Shown piece by piece: positions 26,065-32,000 of a DNA stretch of 32,000 bases. The stretch is from Escherichia coli (lineage in GTDB: Bacteria; Pseudomonadota; Gammaproteobacteria; Enterobacterales; Enterobacteriaceae): assembly GCF_048585465.1 (NCBI RefSeq), contig NZ_CP183996.1. One strand, written 5' to 3'. Numbering within the stretch: position 1 is the first letter of the stretch; each line of letters starts with the position of its first letter. Position numbers and translations under genes: made by a program. Under the pieces are notes generated by a model, which had not been told where the DNA came from, ran no database searches, and worked only from the letters and a program-made list of their open reading frames with translations.

Positions 26065-26946
26065 TCAACAAATTTTAATTTTTACATCCATCAAATTCAT
26101 GATGAATTCTTTTTGCTTTCTTGATAATGGTGTTGCATAACCTAAAACACGTAAACATGCTGGAAGAGAATAAATATAATCCAAAAAAACTTTATCGTTA
26201 CATCTTTTTTTCATAGCAGAGATAAAGTATTTATTTGCTATGTTTAATGGCATCTGCATGAATATCTCTTTACAATATTCATAAACCAATCCGTTAGGCA
26301 TATTTATTTTAGTTGAAGTGTAATCTTCTATTATAGCTAAGAACTCTTCCTTTCTAAGAACTGAAAACAAGCTGTCACTTTTAATATAATCAATATTTGA
26401 ATCTGCCTCCTTAATGACACTCAATTGATCTTTTTTATTCAAAACCATAACTCCCACTCTGGGGAGATTTAAAGCACAATATTTACTTGCATACTCTGGA
26501 TGTGTAACTATATACACTTTATCAAAAACATCCAAATAATCAGGGGCTTGAGTAATCAACCTTTTTGGTGAATCATACTCTGTCTTAATCTCGTAAGCTG
26601 TAGACGTACCATTAAACACCGCAACATCCACTATAGAGTTTTTAATTGGTAACTCTATGGACGACGAACTTGTTTTTGGGCTGTGCTTACCGAATATTAT
26701 TTTATTGACAAGTGCTGTCTTATAAACATATTCATTTCTATAATTCAGACGCAAAAAATCATATAATGATGTAAATAAATCCCTTAGTGAAATCTCATGT
26801 TCATTATTATCATTGTTTGAAAACAGTGTTTCATAGCAGTAAGAATCAAAACTCCCAAATAAATCCGAAATATCCTTACCTTTTGCTAAGGATGAAAAAA
26901 TGGGGCGACGGAAAAATTTAGCATATTCCTTTTTATTATGACTCAT
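26065..26946 (-). CDS. sce7726-like protein with PD-(D/E)XK-like motif
   Basis: 293 aa; IVDVAVFNGTSTAYEIKTEYDSPKRLITQAPDYLDVFDKVYIVTHPEY; immediately upstream of the sce7725-like gene. Confidence 0.78.
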   Translation of the reverse strand: MSHNKKEYAKFFRRPIFSSLAKGKDISDLFGSFDSYCYETLFSNNDNNEHEISLRDLFTSLYDFLRLNYRNEYVYKTALVNKIIFGKHSPKTSSSSIELPIKNSIVDVAVFNGTSTAYEIKTEYDSPKRLITQAPDYLDVFDKVYIVTHPEYASKYCALNLPRVGVMVLNKKDQLSVIKEADSNIDYIKSDSLFSVLRKEEFLAIIEDYTSTKINMPNGLVYEYCKEIFMQMPLNIANKYFISAMKKRCNDKVFLDYIYSLPACLRVLGYATPLSRKQKEFIMNLMDVKIKIC

Positions 26947-27625
26947 TACTCATACTCTATAAACATCATGCAATTTGATAAGTTATGACGAATTCTCACC
27001 ATCCAGTTACTACCTGTACATACTAATCAAAAAAAACGAGTACGCAAGATACGAAAGTACTTTTCTTGTTCACCAGTTAGCTTACCTTGATCCTCACCAG
27101 CGACTGGAAGATAGGTAGCAGTATATGTGGAAACCTTCCCCTAGCTAGGTCTACAAACGTAGTTTGGGCATTTAGGCTCCACGATTCACGGTTTGACACG
27201 GCCTGATATCTGCACATTCGTTTTGATATGCAGCAATCGTGAAAAAGGAAAATATACGCTCGACAGACCAAAACGGCACTACACCGCACCCGCCTGCGGT
27301 TTTCATATCACTAAAAATTTTCAGCCTGGATTTTTTACAAACGATACCGCCAGTCCGTGCCAGTCCTCGAGATGTACTGCGATACAGGAACTGAAAAGAA
27401 TGAAAAGAAATTCATTTTTTTTCAGTTTTACTGTCCGTCGAATCTATGGCCTGAATACGCAACTCTATGATATTAAATGGATAATTAATTTTAGGTGTGT
27501 GATTTTATGAAGGTTTGTGAAACATGAAGAAGATAACCAGTTGAAAAATAATAATTTTATGACCGTATAAACTGAAATCCTGTGTTCAGGTTCCGGGAAC
27601 AGATCGGCCATTCCCGACGCATACT

Positions 27626-27898
27626 TTACCCATTCTTTTGCGCAGCCAGCAGCAACTTTAAAGCCTTTTCCCGTTCCTCGGGTGGAATTGCATCAATCAG
27701 CTCTTTAACCCTTCCCTGCCCGTTCAGCGCGCTTGGACTAACGGAATGGGAGAAAGCAACATTCATCACAAACGAGTGACCGCACTCCACATTAGAGCAA
27801 TAGCAGTACACATCGTACAGTTGTGGGTGTTTCCTGTTTGTTTTACCTATCCGTGCTACTGCCTGACATGTGGGGCAGTACATTCTCATCATCTTCAT
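27626..27898 (-). CDS. Ogr/Delta-type zinc-finger late-gene activator
   Basis: 90 aa; MYCPTCQAVARIGKTNRKHPQLYDVYCYCSNVECGHSFVMNVAFSHSVSPS: CxxC...CxxxxC zinc finger. Confidence 0.92.
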   Translation of the reverse strand: MKMMRMYCPTCQAVARIGKTNRKHPQLYDVYCYCSNVECGHSFVMNVAFSHSVSPSALNGQGRVKELIDAIPPEEREKALKLLLAAQKNG

Positions 27899-27968
27899 CG
27901 TTCTGTGCCCTATACTGTTGCCCGCCAGAAGAAGGGATTTGGATCCCTACCTCTTGTTCTGAACGTGT

Positions 27969-28157
27969 AACACTGGTAACACGTGTAACGCTATTGATTT
28001 AAAAGGATTTAATCTGTTACCAGTTAGCAAAATCAAGAGGTAACGCGTGGTAACACACCATTTTTTGTTACCTCTGTTACCAGTCAGTATTTTTGACTGG
28101 TAACACTGAAGAACCGCATCAGTAACGGGTGTTACCTCTGTTACCAGTGTTACCTCA
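27969..28157. repeat. GTTACC/GGTAAC repeat cluster, putative replication origin or crr-like region
   Basis: Ten copies of GTTACC or GGTAAC between the Ogr-like and primase genes, including palindrome GTTACCAGTCA-gtatttt-TGACTGGTAAC at 28076..28104. Confidence 0.7.
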
Positions 28158-28180
28158 TAAAAATAAGACTCACGCGATAA

Positions 28181-30868
28181 TCACTCAGGTTCAGCGCTTC
28201 CCAGTACCTGTGTATTGAACTGGTACACACGTTTAAGCCCTATTTCTGGCAGGCGAATGCTGTTTTGCGTCCGGCCATCTTCACCGGGTTTCAGCCAGCC
28301 CGCGTCCACACACAACCTGGCCACCTTACGCGAGTCAAATCCCTTACAGATCTCCTTCCAGCCTGACGGGAGAACGTAGAACGTCACAACCGGCTCTGTC
28401 ACGTTGTCTCCTTTATCGACTTTTCTGAATCCCATCATTGAAACAGGCCGGTTCCTGTCGTCATTCCAGTCAGCAAACCGACTGAACTGATTACGCGTCA
28501 TGAAGTCCCGAACCTGTTCAAGTGCCGCTTTATCTTCCTGATTAGCTGTATGGCCCCGGTCAGCCATCCATGCAGCCAGACAGCTTTGAGCGGCACGAAA
28601 GGCCTCTCCCTCCGGCCATCCTGTGATGCCCGCTTTTGTGGCCAGCTCCCCGGCCATCGCAACCAGAGCAAAACGGGTAACAGCCCGGCCAACCTGATTC
28701 CCGGCATTTTCCGGCGTCAGCCTTCGGGTATACTCTTTCAATAAGGCTTTCGCCTGACTGGTCAGTTCCGGCAGATCAGCGGTCAGGCAATACAGCCAGT
28801 CGCGGAATGGTGCACCATGATAATGCGCTACGTGCTGCTCAAGATGCTCAGCCAGGGTTTTCCCGCTACTGAAGCCATGAAGTTCTTCAAACACGCCATA
28901 CTTGCCCGAATCGCTTGGGATCTGGATCATTCTGACCTCAACCCCGGCATACGTACGTTCCCCGGCGCTTGCCGCATGCTCTACCAGTGACAGTTCCCCG
29001 GTAGACAGAAACAACAGATTCCAGCGGTTGGTTTCCCTTACCGAACCATCTGTTCTGGCTCTGGCTTTGCCCTGCCCGTTAGCCAGCATATAAGCGATAT
29101 TTCCCGCCTCCCTGCCGTCAACCTCCCGGATTTCATCCAGCATCAGCGTGGCATCATTGCGGCGGCTCGCCGTTCCTTCTAAGGCATTCCCCGTCGCCCG
29201 CCACGTATGCCAGAAATCTGTTCCACCACATACTGATGCAGCCACTTTCATCGTCGTGGTTTTACCGTCTGTGGATTCCCCTTTGAGGTGATAACCTCCA
29301 CCGCCGATACCAACCAGTTTCAGAAGGGGGGCAGCAAATGCCAGACTCACCGCAAAGGCAAGACGGGCATTCTTTATGCAATAACGGCCTATATTTTCAC
29401 GCCAGCCCTCTGATGTGCCGCTGACACGAAAATCACGCCCCTGCACACTCGATGTTTGTAAGATGACTGACTGGGCTTCGCGCCCTATCACTTCATCCTG
29501 GAGAACGTAAACCCCGCCGTGCCAGCCAGTTTTATTCACACAGGTTACTTTTCTGTCCGGTTTACACAGCGAGATATATTCCATCAGGAATGCTCTGGCC
29601 ATGCCGTTAATGTTGATGTAAGAAAGCCCGTTAACCAGCAGAACGCGGCGCAGTTCTTCCCCGCTACCGCCCAGCATCTCCATCGGCATTGCCCATTTAC
29701 GGCTGTTTCCGTTGGTATCTTCCCATTCCAGCAAACGCCCGTAATTACTTCCATCAGCATCACTGGTGATTGCCGTCACCCGCAACGGACTGCAAATTTT
29801 GATATTACGTATCTCTGTATCACCATCAGACTTATTAACCAGCTTGTCGTACCACAAATATTCTTTTGTCAGCCGGAACCCTTCTGGTAAACGGGTCTGC
29901 CCTTTGCCATGCAGCGTCATTTCTTCACGAAAGGCATCTCTCGCCCGTTCTTTCCCCACTTCCTGCCGATAATCATCCCAGTCAGCCTTATGGCGTACCG
30001 GAGGGAGCGTTACCCAGCCATCCACCGCTTTGGCGGCTTTCTCTGCCTGAATACGCCCGGTGTTTTCTTTGCCGTCAGCCAGATCATTATCTCCGGCCAG
30101 AATGATCCGGGTTTCCGGCCAGCGTTTTCGGATCTGCTCCGTCACCTTCAGTAAATTGGTGGCAGCGACAGCCGCCACGATCCATCCTTCAGTCAGCAGA
30201 CTGACGGTAAGCGCCGTGGCAAAACCCTCAGTGATAATCACCTGTTCAGGTGTTTCAGCGGGTATATCGGTCAGGGCAATGAATGCGCCAGACAGCTGGC
30301 TACCGGGCAGCAGACTTTTATCCCCGTCAGGATTGATAAGCTGGCCACCAGTAATATTCCCGGAAATATCCGTCAAAGGCAGCAGTAATGAACCGGTGGA
30401 AAATGTTATTCCGGCCAGATTCAAAGGCTGTGACAGCAAGGGAAGTGAATACCCGTGTAAGCTCTTATTTGTCAGATAGACCGGCTCACCATTGCAGGAC
30501 TGCTGTCTGAGTCTGGTATATCGCTCCGCGCCCGCTTCTTTTCCTGCGGCCTTTTTCCTGGCTGGCAATGCGGGCTTCTCCTGTATTTCTGGTAATGCAA
30601 GCGCCTCAGATACCATCCCGGCGACTTCTTTTATCTTTCTTCCTGTCACCAGACGAACCAGATCAAGACCATCGCCATGACCGCACTGATTACAAAACCA
30701 CGTCCCTCGCCCCGCTTTATCGTCCAGTCGAAAACGATCTTTTCCACCACAGGCAGGGCAAGCCCCATGATGTCCTGCGGACGGTACTTTAATACCTAAT
30801 GCTGACAGGATATAAGGCCAGCGCCCAATTGCAGCTCCGGAAATCGTGGATACAGACGGTGTTTTCAC
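28181..30868 (-). CDS. P4 alpha-like primase/helicase (zinc finger, Toprim, DUF927)
   Basis: 895 aa; CPACGGKDRFRLDDKAGRGTWFCNQCGHGDGLDLV, Toprim-like VIITEGFATALTV...ILAGDNDLAD, ATP-binding-like LKGESTDGKTTTMKVAASVCG. Confidence 0.94.
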   Translation of the reverse strand: MKTPSVSTISGAAIGRWPYILSALGIKVPSAGHHGACPACGGKDRFRLDDKAGRGTWFCNQCGHGDGLDLVRLVTGRKIKEVAGMVSEALALPEIQEKPALPARKKAAGKEAGAERYTRLRQQSCNGEPVYLTNKSLHGYSLPLLSQPLNLAGITFSTGSLLLPLTDISGNITGGQLINPDGDKSLLPGSQLSGAFIALTDIPAETPEQVIITEGFATALTVSLLTEGWIVAAVAATNLLKVTEQIRKRWPETRIILAGDNDLADGKENTGRIQAEKAAKAVDGWVTLPPVRHKADWDDYRQEVGKERARDAFREEMTLHGKGQTRLPEGFRLTKEYLWYDKLVNKSDGDTEIRNIKICSPLRVTAITSDADGSNYGRLLEWEDTNGNSRKWAMPMEMLGGSGEELRRVLLVNGLSYININGMARAFLMEYISLCKPDRKVTCVNKTGWHGGVYVLQDEVIGREAQSVILQTSSVQGRDFRVSGTSEGWRENIGRYCIKNARLAFAVSLAFAAPLLKLVGIGGGGYHLKGESTDGKTTTMKVAASVCGGTDFWHTWRATGNALEGTASRRNDATLMLDEIREVDGREAGNIAYMLANGQGKARARTDGSVRETNRWNLLFLSTGELSLVEHAASAGERTYAGVEVRMIQIPSDSGKYGVFEELHGFSSGKTLAEHLEQHVAHYHGAPFRDWLYCLTADLPELTSQAKALLKEYTRRLTPENAGNQVGRAVTRFALVAMAGELATKAGITGWPEGEAFRAAQSCLAAWMADRGHTANQEDKAALEQVRDFMTRNQFSRFADWNDDRNRPVSMMGFRKVDKGDNVTEPVVTFYVLPSGWKEICKGFDSRKVARLCVDAGWLKPGEDGRTQNSIRLPEIGLKRVYQFNTQVLGSAEPE

Positions 30869-31275
30869 AGCAGCACCTCCTGACCTTCCGGCTTCACAAA
30901 TTCAAAACCTTCGGGTAGTTCGCCATCAGGTGCTCCGAAAATAATATCCCGGTAAACCTCACGCATCTCTGTGACACCAAAAACTGACAGGCGAATATTT
31001 TCTGACATAAAGCCTGGTTTAAGCATTTTTTCCAGTTTCTCTGCGGCCAGTATGCAACCAGCATCAGCCCCAAACTCATTCACCCACGGCATTTCAATAT
31101 GGTAAATAATATTACTCACCACTTTTTCGTGGGAGAGTTCTATTCGTTCGCCATCTTCAATATAAACAGGTTCATTATGAACACGCACCATTAAGGAAAT
31201 GAATGCATCAGCAATGTAGTAGCGTAAGACTGCTGTTCGTAAAGCATGCGCCTTTAAATTTTGATTATTATTCAT
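30865..31275 (-). CDS. Hypothetical satellite protein
   Basis: 136 aa ORF, 4-bp overlap with primase start. Confidence 0.7.
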   Translation of the reverse strand: MNNNQNLKAHALRTAVLRYYIADAFISLMVRVHNEPVYIEDGERIELSHEKVVSNIIYHIEMPWVNEFGADAGCILAAEKLEKMLKPGFMSENIRLSVFGVTEMREVYRDIIFGAPDGELPEGFEFVKPEGQEVLL

Positions 31276-31504
31276 CGCGCATCACTCCCTTAATTGTGCT
31301 GGTTTCCTTAACAACGCCATCCAGTTGTTCGGCAATACAGGCCACTAAAGCCGCAGCGCCTTCCGCTGAAACAGTTCTCGCTCCATTCACTGTGGGCACG
31401 GACAAGACCTCTGCAAGAAACTCACTGGCCAGTGCCGCCCGTAACAGACGACTCTCCCCCTGTTCACTCAATATGCAGCCTTGCTTAAAATTCATGGATT
31501 TCAT
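31268..31504 (-). CDS. Hypothetical satellite protein
   Basis: 78 aa ORF overlapping both neighbours. Confidence 0.65.
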   Translation of the reverse strand: MKSMNFKQGCILSEQGESRLLRAALASEFLAEVLSVPTVNGARTVSAEGAAALVACIAEQLDGVVKETSTIKGVMRDE

Positions 31505-31935
31505 GCAACCACCTCCCCGGCTCTTTTCACAGGGATACGGGCAGCAAAGCTCAGGATAAATTCAGTGGCAAGTTTAAGGCGTGCAGCATGCTCGCATTCT
31601 GCGATTACACGCACAGGGCGTGGACGGGCATCACGGTCTGTACGGCGGACAGCCAGAAAGACAAAGGTAAATTCAGGGTGAGATAAAGCAGGGACTGTAG
31701 CCATAATGGCAACCTCCTTCAGATAGCGGGTAACGCTACCACCGGAGTTCCTACGCTCATGGGTGGTAGCCCAGACGGGGGTAGGAATACCGGCTCTGAA
31801 GGATACCGGCCAGCCCGAAAGCTGCCCCGCCTGGACTACCATAATTCTGATGATGTGGCGTAAAAAATAAAAAAATACAATCAGCCACCACACCATAAAT
31901 TTTAGGTGAGTCAAAGCTGCGACACAAAAAAACAC
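31501..31935 (-). CDS. Icd-like host cell division inhibitor protein
   Basis: Contains GWPVSFRAGIPTPVWATTHERRNSGGSVTRYLKEVAIMATVPALSHPEFTFVFLAVRRTDRDARPRPVRVIAECEHAARLKLATEFILSFAARIPV; true start uncertain (internal Met possible). Confidence 0.75.
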   Translation of the reverse strand: MFFCVAALTHLKFMVWWLIVFFYFLRHIIRIMVVQAGQLSGWPVSFRAGIPTPVWATTHERRNSGGSVTRYLKEVAIMATVPALSHPEFTFVFLAVRRTDRDARPRPVRVIAECEHAARLKLATEFILSFAARIPVKRAGEVVA

Positions 31936-32000
31936 GCCTAGCGCGTGTAGTATCGCCTTCAGATAACACGGGTTCCTACGCCCGGCTGCCGATTTTGCGG

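Larger units (their letters stand above)
23779..32000. mobile_element. P4-like satellite / integrative element (right end outside window)
   Basis: P4/IntS-type integrase, cargo, Ogr/Delta-like activator, P4 alpha-like primase-helicase, Icd-like ORF. Confidence 0.85.

Noticed and set aside
28902-30792. Plus-strand ORFs opposite the primase (for example 29519..29890, 30060..30479).
   Set aside because: They lie wholly inside a well-supported 895-aa gene, with no recognisable domains or consistent start signals.

Overview
The window spans two tandem integrated elements in an enterobacterial (E. coli-like) genome. Part 1 (about 1..23778) is the right-hand portion of a P22/Sf6/HK620-type short-tailed lambdoid prophage. 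On the minus strand, read right to left, it carries cro, cII, a replication initiator with internal iterons, a DnaB-type helicase, nin genes, Q, the holin/endolysin/Rz/Rz1 lysis cassette, a KilA-N protein, terminase small and large subunits, portal and a truncated scaffold. On the plus strand it carries cI plus a secreted ORF, lambda-type nutL and N, cIII, kil, erf, ssb, abc2, ea-type accessory genes and a TorI-type excisionase. A 16-bp match to my recollection of the argW tRNA 3' end lies at 23763..23778. Part 2 (from there to 32000, open to the right) looks like a P4-like satellite: an IntS/P4-type integrase, an AT-rich two-gene cargo (sce7725/sce7726-like), an Ogr/Delta-type zinc-finger activator, a repeat-rich putative origin, a large P4 alpha-like primase/helicase and an Icd-like ORF. 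The most interesting items are: (1) the sce7725/sce7726-like pair, where the second protein has a PD-(D/E)XK-like motif, a candidate anti-phage module; (2) the GTTACC/GGTAAC repeat array with a perfect 11-bp palindrome; (3) an HNH gene splitting ninF without room for an intron; (4) structured, tRNA-like sequences in the late leader; (5) a signal-peptide-bearing ORF translationally coupled to cI; (6) a six-site operator set of form ACAR-N6-TTGT. All identifications are from recall and reading; no database search was run.
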